From the NCBI GenBank assembly GCA_001643675.2, contig LSRY02000039.1, positions 744,001 to 808,000 on the forward strand: a stretch of DNA of 64,000 bases, given 5' to 3'. Below, in pieces: positions 24,937-39,900 of the stretch. The number at the start of each line of letters is the position of its first letter. Within the stretch, counting starts at the first letter, position 1. The notes beneath the pieces were generated by a model. The model was given only the letters and a program-made list of their open reading frames with translations. It made no database searches and had not been told where the DNA came from. Origin of the DNA: Monocercomonoides exilis PA203. Lineage: Eukaryota > Protista > Preaxostyla. The position numbers and the translations under genes are program-made.

Positions 24937-27900
24937 ATGCAGACCGACGCTCAAAACTCAAAAACAAAAGGATCCCAAGAGGTTAATTACTATTGCAAAG
25001 TTTTGTATATGCTATATCTAACCTTTTTTATTTCGTTTGTAGGGATCTCAGCAACAATATTCCAAAGACATTGACGAAATAATATCTCAACTTAGCGTTG
25101 GCTCAAGACATTCAACAAAACATAGTTTACGAGGAGCACCACCTCAATCGCCAACGTCTTCAGTTCGTTCAAAAAGTTACCGCAATTTGGTTTGTTTTGC
25201 TTTAATAATAATTTTTTCTAAATGTATTATTGTGATGATTTATACAGACAATCGAACAGCCTCACCCATACCAACCATCTTTAGCTAGTCCATCTTCAAT
25301 AAGCAGTAAATCCTCAGCAATTAAATCTGCGATTGATCAACACAATCACAAAAAGGGAGCTTATACTCGGCCAACGCAAGTACATGTTCAATTAGCCACA
25401 ATGGATGGGAGAAAACTTGAACATAAAACTGACAATCTCCCATTCGCAATGGTAAAATCAAAGGAAGCACTTAAAGCTGATCAAGAACGAGTGAAGTTAT
25501 ATGAATTACAAATGAAAAGAGAAAAACAGCAAGCTGAAGCTTTGGCTTTGAAAACAGAGATTCTTCAGCGAAACGAGCAAGACATGAAAATATTAAAACG
25601 CGTACGAGAAGTTGAAACATTGCTTGCTTCAATTTCAAATGCAGGAACGACTCAAAGAAAAGCAGTAATGAGGAAGAAAAAGAAAAAGCTTGGTTCAGAA
25701 TCAGCCGATTGGATATATTTTTCTGAAACCATTGAGAGCGAGAAACAGCGGGAAGCAGAGCGACTTCGCAAACTGGAAGAGCTGGAGCAAGGTCGGAAGG
25801 GAGGAGAGGACCGGGAAGGGCGCGAGTCGTTGAAGGACGCTGATACATCGACAACAGAGTATGAGACAGTATCTGAAACTGTGGAGGTATCGACAGAAGC
25901 AGAAACGGATGTGCCGAGAGAAGTGGAGAAAGAGATTGAAGTGGAAGAAGAGGTAGAAGAAACTGTCAGCGGAGATGAGGACGAAAGCGACAACGATGTT
26001 CCACCGCCTGACATACCGACCTCTTCAGACACAGACTCTTATTCCTCAATCCCTCCGCCAAGGATTCCAGGGGCAGAAGCAACTGATGGAGAAGATGAAG
26101 ATGAAGAAGGAGCGCCTCCTCCTCCTCCTATTCCACCACCGATTCCTCATTCACCCTCAGATTCTCCAACATCCTCCTCGTCTCCTTCTCCTGTTCCAAC
26201 GCCTTCTCATTCGCCTGCTCCTTTTCCACCACCGCTGCCTTCTTCTCCCTCTGCATCTTCGCTGGATGAAGAGCCATTGAAGAAGAAAGGGAAAAGAATG
26301 GTGAAAAGGAAAGTGATGAAGAAGGTTGTTGAGGTGGAGATGGTGAAGGAGAAAGTGAGGAAGATGAAGAAAGTGCACAGACAAGTGAAGAAGAAGAAGC
26401 AGAAGAAGAAGATGAGGTTGGACGACGATGCGAATGAAGAAGGGGAAAAGAAGAGCAAAAATGAATCTAATGAAGGCGATGAATGGACAATATGTTCAGT
26501 TTCAGAGGGAGAAGGAGAAGGAGAAGGAGGAGAAGGAAAGGGAATGCTGATGGATGAAGCAAATGATGAAGAGAAAGCGAAGCTGATTGAAGAGAAGGAA
26601 AAACTTGAGACCGAACACAAGCAGCTGATGGAGGAGAAGAAAGAGGCAGAGCTGCTGCTGAAGGAGAAAGAGGAAGAATGGCGAAAGGAGAGAGAAAGAG
26701 AAAGAGAACAGAGAAGATTGAGAAGAGAAGCGAAATTAGCAGAACAAGAAAGACATGCGCACGCAACTCAGGAGATAGATGCACTTTCACAGAAGATGAG
26801 CAGGAAAGAGATGGGAGAAGCAAAAGAAGCAGGAGAAGATGAGAAGAACAGCAGAAGCAGTAGGAATAGCAGAGCTAGCAAAGAGAGCGAAATGAGCAGA
26901 AAGAAAGGGGCAGAGCCATCAGCGCTTGCATTGCTGGACGAGATGCTATCACAGACACATTCAGTCGTATCATATCCAGTGAAAGGAGGGAGAAATGGAA
27001 ATATTAACAACAATAATAATGCAAATGATGAGAACTATCTCCCCAGTGAAGCAGCAGAGCTGGCATCTGCTTCTGCTTCTTTCAAACATAAAAGAACACC
27101 TCAAACTCCAATGTCCTTTGCAGACTCTGTTCTGAATTCCCCTCATCCTTCACCCTCAACCTCTTCTTTTTACAATGCTGCCTATATTTCCCCCTCATCT
27201 GGTTATTCTTCAGATGCTGCCTCGTATCATTCCTATCAAACTTATCACTCAATCTCTTCTCGTTTGTCACAGAGAAGTCGAATTTCGGGTTATTCGATGG
27301 CTTCTAAGCAGTCAGCATGGAGTGTGGCTTTGAAACCCGCAATGCCAGAGGTGGAGTGGAAGAAGAAGGAGAAAGAGGAGAAAGAGAGGCTGATGGAGGA
27401 GAAGAGGAAGCTGGAGGAAGAGCTGAGGAGAGGGAGAGGGACGATGAATGAGAAGGAGAGGGAAGAGAAGGAGAAGGAGATAAAAGATGTGTCAAATAGA
27501 ATAAAAGAAACAAGTGAGAAAGTGCTTGAAGAGGCGAAGAAGCGGGCAGAGGAGAGGAAGATGCAAGCAGAAGAGAAAAGAAAAGAGAAAGAGAGAATTT
27601 TGAAGGAGAAGCAAGAAGAGAGGAAAGAAAGGCAGTTGCTGAAGCTGAAGGAGAAGGAGAAAGGGGCAGCGAAGAGAAGAGAGGAAGAAATGAAGATGAT
27701 GGAGAAAGTGAGGGAGGAGAAGAGGAGCAAAGCAGAAGAGCAGAAGAAGAGGAAGAAGTCGGTGGAAGTGATTGAGGAGTGGTGGAAAGGGAAGATGCAG
27801 GCGAGGGAGGACGTGAAGATGCTGGAGAAGCTGAGAGAGGAGAAGAGGAAGGAGAAGGAGAAGGAAGAGAAGGAAGAGAAAGAGGAGAAAGAGGAGAAAG

Positions 27901-30900
27901 AGGAGAAAGAGGAGAAAGAAGAGGAAGAAGAAGAAGATATTCATGAAGAAGAGACGAAATCAAAGAAATCGGCAATTGTTGGATCTCCAAAAAGTGCAAA
28001 AGAGAAAGAAGCAAAGAAGAAAGATACGAAATCAAGAAAATCGAAAAAGGAAGAAAAAGAAGAGGAGAAAGAGAAAGAGAAAGAAGAAGGAGAAGAAAAA
28101 TTAAATAAAGAAATGCTTATTGAAAAAGATGAAGCAACTGTGCTAAGCGGAAAAAGCAAGCAAGAAGGAAGTGTTGAAGATGAGGAGAAGAATGAAGAAG
28201 TGAAAGAAATTGAAGAAGAAGAAGAGAAAGAGGAGAAAGAAGAAGGAGAAGGAGAAGAAGGAGAAGAAGAAGATAATCTTCCATCTATTTCTGCATCTCC
28301 AGAAATAGAAGAAGATGGACAAGAGGAAGAGGAAGAAGAGAAGGAAGAGGAAGAAGAAAAAGAAGAAAAAGAAGAAAAAGAAGAAAAAGAAAGCATGGAA
28401 AAAGTAGAACAAGATCAGAAAGAGACAGAAGAAAGAGAAAGAAGAGAAAAGGAAGAGAAAGAGAAGAAGGAAAGAGAAGAAGAAGAAAGAAAAGAAAAGG
28501 AAGAAAGAGAAGAAAGAGAAAGAAAAGAAAGAGAAGAGGAGAGAAAGAGGTTGGAAGAAGAGATAGCAGAAAGAGAAAGAGAAAGACATGAGAAGGAGAA
28601 AGAGGAAATGATAAGGCAATTGGAGGAAGAGAAAGAGAAGATAAAAGAAGAAGAGAGGAAGAAGAGGATGGAGAAGGAGAAGGAGAAGGAAAAGGAAATG
28701 CAAAGAGAGAGAGAAGAGAAAGAAAGAGCATTTATGGCGTTAGAGGAAGAGAGGCAGAGAATAAGAGCAATGTTGATGGAGAGAGAAGAAGAGAGAAGAA
28801 GGGAAGAAGAGAGGAGGAAGAAGGAAGAGGAGAAGAGGAAGAAAGAGGAGGAAGAAAGGAAAAGAGAGGAAGAGGAAGAGAGGAAGAAGAAGGAAGAGGA
28901 GGCGAGGAAGAAGAAAGAAGAAGAAGAAGAGGAAGAAAGAAGGGTTAAAGAAGAAGAGGATGAAGAACAAAGAAAAATACAAGAAGAAGAGAGAATGAGA
29001 CGAAGATTGCAGGAAGAAGAGGAAGAAGAAAGAAGAAAGAAAGCCGAAGAAGAAGAAAAGGAAAGGCAAATTAGAAGAGAAGAAGCAGAGAAAGAGGTTG
29101 AAAGAAGGAGGGAGGCAGAGAGGAGAAGAAGAGAAGAGGAAGAGGAAGAGAGAAGAGAAGTCGAAGAAAGATGGAGGGAAGCAGAAGAAGTGCTTATTGA
29201 TTTGGATTCAGAGCTGAGAGAACTGAAGGAGAAGAAGGAGAAGAGGGAGAAAAGGATGAAGGAGTTAGAAGAAGAGGAAGAGGAAGAAGAAAGAAGAAGA
29301 AGCGAAAGGGAAGCATTGAAACTTAAGCAAAGCCAGATGCTGAAGGAAGAACAGAGAAGAGAAGAGGAAGAGAGAGAAGAAATAGAAGCAGAAAGGAAGA
29401 GAATGATTGAAGATTTAGAGGCCGATACGGAAGATGAAAGAGAATGGGAGAGAGAAAGAGAAGAATATGTGAGGAAGCAGAGGAAGAAGGAGAAGGAGAG
29501 GAAGAGAAGAGAAGAGGAGGAAGAGGAGGAAGAGGAAAGAGAAGAAAGAATTGCGAAGAAGAAGAGAGAGAAAAGAGAAGAAGAGAAGAAGAGGATGATG
29601 TTAGAGGAAGCAGAAGATAAGAAATTGGAGGCTAAAGGAAGAAGAAGAATTCACACAACAATCAGCCAGAAGAGGAGGAGACAAGAAGAGCAGATCAGAA
29701 AGGAGAGGCAGAAGCAGAAGAAAGAGGCGATGGAGAGGTTGAATTCGACAATGGCTTCTTCGGCTTCTATTTCTTCCACTTCTTCTTCTAATTCCTCTTC
29801 TGCTTCTTCTCCTTTTAATTCTCCTTCATTTGCAACGCCCTCATCATCATCATCCTCTTCTTCTTCTTCTTCCATTCATGCTAGTTCACCTGGTTCGCGT
29901 TCTCCTTCCTCAACTTATTTCTCTTCTCTGCCACATATTGCACAGTTGAGCATGAATCGTTTAGAAGGCATTTCATCATCATCATCTCAGTCAACTTCTT
30001 CTTCTTCTTCATTTTCGCCTTCTTCTCGTTCATTGAATCTTCAACAACAACAGAATCATCCACAAGCAACGAGACAAGGAAGATACGGAGAAGAAGAAGC
30101 AGACAAGGTTGGAAGGTGTTTTGATGAGAGAGGAGAAGAAGAAAGGAATTCAATGAGATACAGAACACCATTGAGGTTTGAGAGAAAAGGGGAGGAAATG
30201 ATGGAAGAGGAGGAAGGAGAAGAAGGAGAGGAAGTAGAAGGAAGAGAAGGAGAAGAAGAAATAAACAAAGTGTATGAGCAACAGAGGATGGAGCAAGAGG
30301 CAGCGCTTCCCAATGAACGAATAGGAGAGAGAGGAGGAGTTATGAGAGAACACGAGATGAGGAGAAGGCCAACACTGCAGGCACAAACCTCTTCTCCTTC
30401 TCTTCTCTCGCAATCTTATCCTTCTCCATATTCTCCTTCACGCAGCAGGCATTTAGACAGCAGAACGCCATTGGGAATGAATGCATTTGGAGAAGCAGCG
30501 GGGGCTGGGGTGATGGGAGCAATGGGAGAAGGAAGAATCGGAGAGGGAAGAATAGGAGGAGCCATTGGAGGAGGAGGAACTGTGTCAGCAGGGAGTGGAG
30601 GAGGAAGTCTGAGAAGAGGGATGACAAGAGAGGCAGCAATGTCGCCGATGAGGAGCGAGATGGCGATGGCGATGGGAATGGGAATGGGGATGGGAGCAGG
30701 AGCAGGAAACAGCCCAGTGATTGGAAGAGGAGTAGGAGGAGGAGCTGGAGTTGGAGTGGGAGGAAGGATGGGAGGAATGATCAGTGAAACGAGCTCACTC
30801 ATGCACAACGACGAGATGTGGATGTACACTCCAATGATGCCATCAACAGCATCAACAGCAGCAGCAGGAGGAGGAATAGCACCTTCTCCTCTTTCGGCAC

Positions 30901-33900
30901 TTGGAGCTCTTCCACCTGCAGTGTCTCCCATCAGCGACACAGCCACGCTTGCCTCGCTGCTGATGGGCCAGTCACGCCCTCACTCGAAAGCGAGAAGAGA
31001 AGGGAAGTCGAGAAAGAGGAGCTCATATTCAACTTCTAATTCATCGGCTTCTGATTCGGGTTCATATTCTTCTTCTTCTTCGTCGTCGTCTTCGGAAGAG
31101 GCGAAGGAGAAGAGGAAGAGGAGGAAGAAGAGGAGAAGCCATTCGACTGATTCGAGTGAGGAAGAGAGGAGACGAAAGGAGAAGGAGAGGAGGAAGGAGA
31201 AGGAGAGAAGGAGGAAGCAGGAAGAGGAAGAAGCAGAAGAAAGAGAGAGGAAGAGAAAGAAGCAGAGAGAGATGGAAGAAGAAGAGGAGAAAGAGAAGAA
31301 GAGAAGAAGACAAAAACAGGAGGAAGAGGAGGAGGAAGAGAGGAGAAGGAAGAAGAGGAAGCAAGAACAAGAAGAGGAGGAAGAGAGAGAAAGGAAAAGA
31401 AGAAGGCAAAAGATGGAAGAAGAGGAAGAGGAAGAGCGAAAGAGGAGGAGGAGAAAGATGGAGTTGGAAGAGGAAGAAGCAAGAGAGATGGAGCGGAGGA
31501 AGCAGCAGCAGAGGGAGATGGAAGAGGCAGAGAGAGAAAGAATGAGGAGAGAAAGAGAACGAATGGAGCAATTGGCGTTGGAGAGAGAAAGAGAAGAGAA
31601 GAGAATGCAAATGAAGAAGGAAAAAGAGGAAGAGGAAGAAAGAGAGAGAGAAAGGGAGAGGAAGAGGAGGCAGCAAATGGAAGAGGAAGAAGAGAGAGAA
31701 AGAGAAAGGAGGAAAAAGAAGCTTTTGGAAGAGGAAGAAGAAAGAGAGAAAGAGAAGAAGAAAGAGAAGAAGAAAGATAGAGAAAGAGAAGAAAAGGAGA
31801 GGAGAGGGAAAGAAGAGAAAGAAGAAGAAGAAGAAAGAAAGAAGAAAGAAACGAAGGAAGCAAAAAAGAAACGAGGAAAGAAAGAGAAAAAATCTAAATC
31901 TCACAAACATTCATCAGAAAGTTCTTCATTGGAAGAAGAAACACACACAGAAAGCAGCGAGACGAAGACAGAGACAGAAGAAGATAGTTCGATAAGTGAG
32001 AAGAAGAGAAGAAAGAAGAAAGAGAAAGAGAAGGAGAGGAGGAGGAAGCAAGAAGAAGAGGAAGAAGAGGAAAGAGAGAGGAAAAGAAGGATGCAAAGAG
32101 AAAAGGAAGAAGAGGAGGAAAAAGAGAAGAAGAGGAAAGAAGAAGAAGAAGAGGAAGAGAAAAGGAAGAAAGAAGAAGAAGAAGAAAAGAAGAAGAAAGA
32201 AGAAGAAGAAGAGAAAGCTAAGCTCCAATCAAAAGAGGAAGAGAAAGAAGAGGATAAAACAAGCATTATTGCAATAGCTTCATTAGAGAACGAAGAGAAA
32301 CCTGAGACAGCGAAGCAAGAAGTAAATGAAAGAGAAAGAGAAAGAGAAAGAGAAGAAGGAGAAGATGAAGAGGAAAAAGACAAAGATATTTCTTCTCATT
32401 CAGATCAATTGGAAACAGAAGCATCTGAGGTTCCACCTTCCATTCCACCTATTCTTTCAGATGAAGACGAAGACAATGAAGAAGGCAATGAAGAAGGCAA
32501 TGAAGAAGAAGAAGATGATGAAAGCGAAGAAGGAGAAGCACCTATGATTCCTCCAATAACATCTTCTGCTTCTTCTGCTGCTGCTTCCTCTCCTCCTCTG
32601 ACGCCCCCGCCTATTCCGAGTCATTCATCGCATCCTTCTCAAGTGCCTGTAGAATTCCCATTGCCACTGCCAGAAGAAGATGAAGATGAAGAAGATGAAG
32701 AGGAGGAGGAAGGAAAAGAAGGAAAAGAAGGTGAAAAAGGCAAAAAGGAGAAGGAAGATGAAGAGGATGTGACAGAAGATGAAATTGAACTGGATGGCAT
32801 TGAAGAAGAACTTGTGATAGAGGAAGCCACTCCAACAGAAGAAGAGCTTGAGAAGTTGAATTCCCAACCTTCTGCTTCAACTTCTTCTTCTTCTTCTTCT
32901 GTTTTCTTGCTTCCTTCTTCTTCCTCCGCTTCATCCTCTTCTTCTAATCAACCTGCATCTCAATCTGCTTCATCATCTGCTTCAAACAAACTTGCTGAAG
33001 AACTGAAAGACAAAATTGAGTATGAAAAGGCAAGATCAAAGGAAGAAAGAGAAGGAGGAGAAGAAGAAGCCGAAGAAATCGAAGTTGATGTGCAAGACAT
33101 CAGTTTCAGTGGGGGTGATGATGAAGAGAACATGTTTGGCCAGTTTCTGGATGGAGATGAGAAGTTTTTGGAAGCAGAGATTGAGAGGGCGAATGGGCTG
33201 AGCGAAGAGGCGAGGAAGAAGAGAAGAGAAGAAGAACAACAAAGAAGAGAGCTGCAGCTGATGAATATGATTGAAGATGAGCAGAAGGCAAGGGAGAGAA
33301 TGGAGGAGAAGAGGAGGAAGAAAGAGGAGAGGATGAGGAAGAGGAGGGATGAAGAGGAGGCGAGGAGGAAAGAGAAGGAGAGGAAGATGAGGATAGAGAA
33401 TGAGAGTCTGGAGAACAGGATGATGCGGTCAAAGGAGATTGAAGCAAGGAAGATGGAGTTAGAACGAAAGGAAGAGGAGAAGATGAAGAAGGAGATTGAA
33501 GAAATGCAAAAATTGGAGGGAGAAGCGAAGAAGGAGTATTTTAAAGCAAAATATGGAGTTGAACAGAAAGAGAAGAGGGAATTATTGAAAAAATACCTGA
33601 AGGAGCAGAAAGTTGAGTGTGAAAAAAGAAAAATAAGAGAAAGAGAAGAAGAAGAGAAGGAGAAAAGAATGGAGGAAAGAGCGAAAGAAGTGAATGAGAT
33701 GATGATTGCATTGAACAGAGAGGAAGAGAGAGACAGAGGAAGGGTATTGTCAAGAGCGCAGAGGATGAAGGCAGAGATGGAGAGAGAAGGGAAGAGGGAA
33801 AGGTGCTTGATGGAGATGGAGGAGATAACAGTGAGGAGGAGGGATGCAATTGAGGAGAAGGAGAAGGAGATGGAAGAAGGAGAAGAGGGAGAAGAAGGAG

Positions 33901-36900
33901 AAGGAGAAAGTGCAGAAGGGAAAGAAGAAACAATTGAAGATATGATCAAAGAGATTGAGCAATTGGAGGTCGAAATAGAAGCAATGGACAAGCAAGAAAT
34001 GAGAGTGGCAGATGAAGTGAAGGAGAGGAAGAGGAAGAGGAAGGAGGCAGAGCGGATCAAAGTGATTAAGGGAGATCATTGGCTGAGGAAAGAGGTGGCA
34101 AGAAGAGCAGCAGACAGAGTGAAGATGAGGGAGAGGCTGATGGCGATGAAGAAGAGGGCGAAGCTGGAGACAGTGAAGAATGCGAAGTTGGAGAAGTTGG
34201 AGAAGAAAGCAGAGGACAAAGGGAAAGTGTTTGATGAAGAGAACTATATCACACTGGAGGATTTGGAGATTGAGGAAGAAGAGATTGAAGTGAGTGAGGT
34301 GGAGTTGCCGTGTGATTATGCAGAGCAGGAGGTGATGAAGCTGCAGGAGACGAGGTTGATGGAGGCTGATGCAGATGAAAGAGAGAGAAAAGGAGGAGAA
34401 GGAGAAGGAGAAGGAGAAGGAAAAGAGGAGAAGAAAGCGGAGGTGAGAGAAGAAGAGGAGGAAAGAGAATATATTAGAACGATTTCGATGAAGGAGAAGA
34501 AAGAGGAACGTGAATGCTTTGTGGAAAGAGGATATTTTGACGACTTTGAAGCATCGATCTTGAACAGCATTGAAGAGAAGAATGAAAGAGATGCTTGGGA
34601 GCATTTTCTGGACAATGATTTCTGTTCAACTTCCATTTCATCTTCCTCTTCCTCTTCTTCTTATTTCAAGAAGCATGGTCTTATCCAGCTGAATGAGCTG
34701 TTATATGCTGAGGACGGGAAGAAGAAGATGAAAGCAGAGGCGAAGAAGAAGAGGAAGCAGATGGACTCAATCGATCCAGAAGTGTGCTGTGAAGTGGATG
34801 AAGAAGATGACATGGATAATGAATATATTGATGAGTGCATAGACAGAGAAGCATTGCTGGAGTATATCTTTGGGGAGGAAGAGGACGCATGCAACAGAAG
34901 AGAAGAGAGAGAGAAGCTGGAGGACTCAGAAACATTGGAAGCGAATGTGGAAGAGGAGGATGTGGAATGGAACAAGACTGATAAGAAGATGCTGTCTGAT
35001 GAGAACGAATGGGATGTGGTTGTTGAGGAGAGGCTGAGGGAAGACGAGGAGAGGGGAAGGAGGTGGGAGAGGAGGAATAAGAAGAAGTGGAGCACGTGGA
35101 ATGAAAGCGTTGAAGAGCAGAATATGAACAGAAGTGCAAGGAAGAAGGCACAAATGGTGATTACTATCAAAATGGATGATGATGATGTGATTGAGAAGGA
35201 AAGCGCAAATGCTGAAGAAGACTTGAAAGATTCTCATTTGGAGAAAGAGGAGAAGCAACTGGATGAGACATTCATGGAAATATTGACTGCAAAGTCAGTT
35301 GCTTCTGAAGAATCTTCATCTTCTTTGTCTTCATCATCATCATCCTCTTCTTCTTCATGCTCATCATCATCATCATCTTCTTCTTCTTCTCCACAAGAGC
35401 CAACCTCATATTCCCCACTGATTGCTTTGTCTTCTTCGTATTTAAGCCAATCTCGCCTTGTTGAAGTGACTTTGCCTTATTCTCCTTCCCCATTCACTCA
35501 GTTGCATCCACCTATGCCAGATATTTCTTTCTATTTAGATGAACAATCGTCAAAGAAATTAAAGAAAGACAAGAAGAAATCCAAAAGGGGGAAGAAGTCT
35601 TCTTCTGATTACGATGAATATGACGAGGAAGACGCAGAAGACGATGCAGAAGCCGCAGGCAGCGCAGAAGAAGAGAGGCCTTTGCCTCTTCCTCTGCCTC
35701 AGAACAAAGAAGAACTCGATGTTTTCCTCGCTGCATACAGCAAAGTGCTCCGAAAAGGCGATCCAGCAGAGTGTGAGAAGATGGATGCGCTGTTCAACAC
35801 CCTCTTCTCCCACCGCTCAGCTGCTGTGAAAGTGCCTCAGTTAGAAGACAACCAGCTTGTGCGCCTGCTGATGGGTATTCTTGATCCTGATAGCGGTTCA
35901 TCATCATCTTCTTCTTCTTCTTCTTCTCCCAGTGAATGTGACGTCTTCTTCTCTCTGAGTCTGTTGTCTCGCATCCCCAGCAACCATGCGGCTTTCAAGC
36001 GATACGGTGCTGTGAAGATGCTGTGCAATTATCTATCTCACTCCTCAGGCTGCCAAGACATTCCCTTGTTAGCAGCGATGGAGATGGTGGTGTTCCTGTT
36101 CCCCAACCAGACCATTCGACAGAAGCTGCTCAGACACGAAGTGCTGCCGTTCATGAAGGAGCAGCTGGAGTCCGCACTCAACAAGAACATGGGAATTGAG
36201 GAAGTCAGATACGGTGTGGTGTTTGCAGCGATGGCAGCAGTGTTTGAGGAGGACGTGAACTACATGCAGGTGAAGCGGAGCACGAAGGAGAAAGTGAAGG
36301 AGATTAAGCGGAAGTACAGCCAGCAGACGATGGATGAGGAGGCAAAGGCGAAACAAGAGGAAGAGCTGAAAGCAGTCCAGGACGAGTTGACTGATGCGGT
36401 AACCACAGGCATTCCACGTGCTTCTCTTCTGTCAGATCTGATTGAGCCACTTCTGCTGCTCTTGCACAGCGACGAGGTGACAGAAGACATTGCGCTGCTT
36501 TCTCTGTTCACTCTGCAGCTGATGTCGAGGCAGGAGAAGTATGCAGCCGAGATGAAGGAGCGATTTGCCATACAGATCTGCCTGGATGTGGTGAGGGGCT
36601 GCGTGAATGATGCATCTTCATCACTCAACACACCTGCATCTTCTCCTCTCCTCTCTCGCTCACATTCCAGAAAGAAGTCAAGCGTTCCTTCTTTCTCATC
36701 GTCTTCACAATCATCATCATCTTCTTCTTCTACTTTCATTCCTTCTCTCTCTCTCGACTCCTTCTCATTGATGAGTCTGTCAGCTGTGTTCAACTGCCTT
36801 CTCATTCTGCTCAACATCGCCCGCTCCACTCCCTTCAACAACTTCGAATGGGACGATGCAGATGCTGTTCCTGTGCTTATGTCTCTTTCTCCTCTGTTTA

Positions 36901-39900
36901 TGAGCACTCCACCAAGAGACTTCTCAAACTTCCCGAAGTGCAACTCATTGAGAACGTATGCTGATTCACCTCCATCTGATTTATTCGCACCGCAAGCTTC
37001 AACATCATCAGTCCGTATTGTCTGCCCTCTTCTCCCTTGTGTTATATCTCCCATGCACTTTGTTGTCTGCCTTTCTCGCCTCACCCTCACCCTCCTCTCT
37101 CTCCTCTCCTGCCACCCTTCAAACATCCAGCAGCTGCAGATAGGAGGAGTGGTGAACTTGGCTGCTTCTCTGCTGGCAAAGCGCGACTCTTTCATTGTTC
37201 CTGTGCCTTCGACAGAGAAAGAAAATGAGCTGATTGAAGGATGGCTGAGGGAAGTTTACAACAATTTGCTGTATCCTTCATCGGCAGCGCAAATGAAGAA
37301 GAGGAGAATAAAAGAGGAAGAGGCAGAAGTGAAGGAGATGATGGTGATGACAAAAGCAGAGAAGGAGAAGGAGAAGGAGAAAAGTGGGGAGGAAGAGAGC
37401 GAAGATGCAAAGGATGCGATTGCTGCAATGTTGAAGGTGATAACAGACAAGAGGAAAGAGGAAGAGAGGAAGAAGGAGAAGGAGAGAGTAGCGAAGTTGA
37501 AGAAGAAGGCGAAGAAGGAGATGGAAGTTGAGGAAGAGGAAGAGGAAGAAGGAGGGAAGAAATCGAAGAAGGGAAAGAAAGGGAAGAAAGGAAAAGGAGA
37601 AGAGGAAGAAGCAGAGGTCGAAGAGGTTGAAGAAGGAAAGAAAGGAAAGAAAGGCAAAAAGGGCAAAAAAGAAGAGGAAGAAGAAGTTGAAGAGGAAGGA
37701 AAGAAATCGAAAAAGGGAAAGAAAGGAAAGAAAGGAGGAGAAGCTGAAGCGGAAGAAGAGGCAACGGAAGCTGAAGCATCTGAAGAAGGAGGAGGGAAGA
37801 AGAGCAAAAAGGGGAAGAAAGGGAAGAAAGGAGCAGAGGAAGAAGCAACTGAAACTGAGGTGGAAGAATCGAAAGGTGACAAGAAGAAGAAAGGAAAGAA
37901 GGGAAAGAAAGGAGGAGAAGAAGAGGTAGAGGTTACTGAAGCAGAAGGCGAGCCAGAAGAAGGGAAGAAGGGGAAGAAGGGTAAGAAGGGAAAGAAAGGA
38001 GCAGAGGAAGAAGCAACAGAAACAGAAGGAGAAGGAGAAGGAAAGAAAGGAAAGAAGGAGAAGAAAGGGAAGAAGGGGAAGAAAGGAGAAGAAGGAGGGG
38101 AAGTGACTGAAGCTGAAGCTACGGAAACTGAAGCATCAGAAGGAGGAAAGAAAGGAAAGAAAGGTAAAAAGGGGAAGAAAGGGAAAGGGGAAGAAGAAGC
38201 TGAAGCAACCGAAGCAGAAGCTACGGAAACTGAGGGAGAAGGGAAGAAGAGCAAAAAAGACAAGAAAGGAAAGAAATCGAAGAAAGGTGCTGAGGAAGAA
38301 GCCACTGAAGCAGAGGCAACGGAAGCTGAGACTGAAGCAACAGAAGCATCAGAAGGAGGAAAGAAAGGGAAGAAAGATAAAAAGGGAAAGAAAGGGAAAG
38401 GAGGAGGAGAAGAAGAAGCTGCCGATGCTGATGCAACTGTAGATGAAGGAGAAGGAAAGAAGGGGAAAAAGGGAAAGAAGGATAAAGAGAAGAAAGGGAA
38501 GAAAGGAGGAGAAGAGGAAGCAACAGAAGCAGAAGCAACCGAAGCAGAAGAAGGTGGAAAGAAAGGGAAGAAAGGGAAGAAGTCGAAGAAAGGAGGAGAA
38601 GAAGAGGCAACTGAAGCAGAAGGAGAAGAGGCAGAAGGAGGGAAGAAGAGCAAAAAGAGCAAAAAGGGAAAGAAAGGTACCGAAGAAGAAGCAACAGAAG
38701 CAGAGGCAACGGAAGTTGAAGGCGAAGGAAAGAAGGGGAAGAAAGGGAAAGGAGAAGAAGAGGAAGCGACAGATGCCACAGTTGAAGGAACAGAAGCTGA
38801 AGGAGAAGGGAAGAAAGGGAAGAAGAGCAAAAAGGGAAAGAAAGGAGAGGAAGAAGCAGAAGGTGAAGAAGGTGAAGGGAAGAAGTCAAAGAAAGGGAAA
38901 AAGGGAAAGAAAGGGAAAGAAGAAGAAGAAACTGAAGCAACAGAAGCCGAAGCTACGGAAACAGAAGGAGAAGGAAAGAAGAGCAAGAAAGGGAAGAAAT
39001 CGAAGAAAGGAGAAGAAACGGAGGCAATTGAAGCAGAGGCAGAAGAAGGTGATAAGAAGGGTAAAAAGGGAAAGAAAGGGAAGAAAGGAAAAGGAGAAGA
39101 GGAAGTGATCGAAGCTGAGACGGAAGCTGAAACAGAAGGAGAAGGAAAGAAGGGGAAGAAAGGGAAGAAAGGGAAGAAGGGAGAAGAAGAAGCAACAGAA
39201 GCCGAGGAAGCAAGTGGAAAGAAAGGGAAGAAAGGGAAGAAAGGAAAAGGAGAGGAAGAAGCAGAGGCAACAGATGCAGGAGGAGAAGAAGGTGAAGGAG
39301 GAAAGAAAGGGAAGAAAGGGAAGAAGGGAAAGAAAGGTGCTGAAGAAGAAGCAACTGAAACAGAAGCAACTGCAGATGAAGGAGAAGGGAAGAAGAAATC
39401 AAAGAAATCAAAGAAAGGAAAGAAAGGGGAGGAAGCTGAAGGAGAAGGAGAAGAAGCAGAGGAAGAAGAAGCAGCACCGAAGAAGAAAGGATCGAAAGAT
39501 AAGAACAAGGGCAAAGACAAGGAAAAAGAGAAAGAAAAGGAAAAAGACAAGAAGAAGAAGAAGAAGAAGAAGTCCACACCTGCCCGTTCATTGAAGAAGC
39601 CATCCACATCTGAGACAGAAGACGAAGACACTTTTGAAGGCATAGCAGTTCCGAAGGAGCTGATGAACTTGTGCACAGAACACATCACTTCTCTCCCATT
39701 GCCTGTGATGTTTGTGCATATTGCTCATTGCTGTCTGTGTATTCTGAGCAGAGTGAGTGCAGATGCTTCCTCTCAGGCAATGATTGCAGATTCGGGTGTG
39801 ATTAATGAACTGCCCCCGCTTTTGAATGAGCTGCATAAGAGAGCGAATGTGAAGATTGACCAAGAGAAGAAGAAGAAGAAGAAGATTGCAGAGGAGTTGA

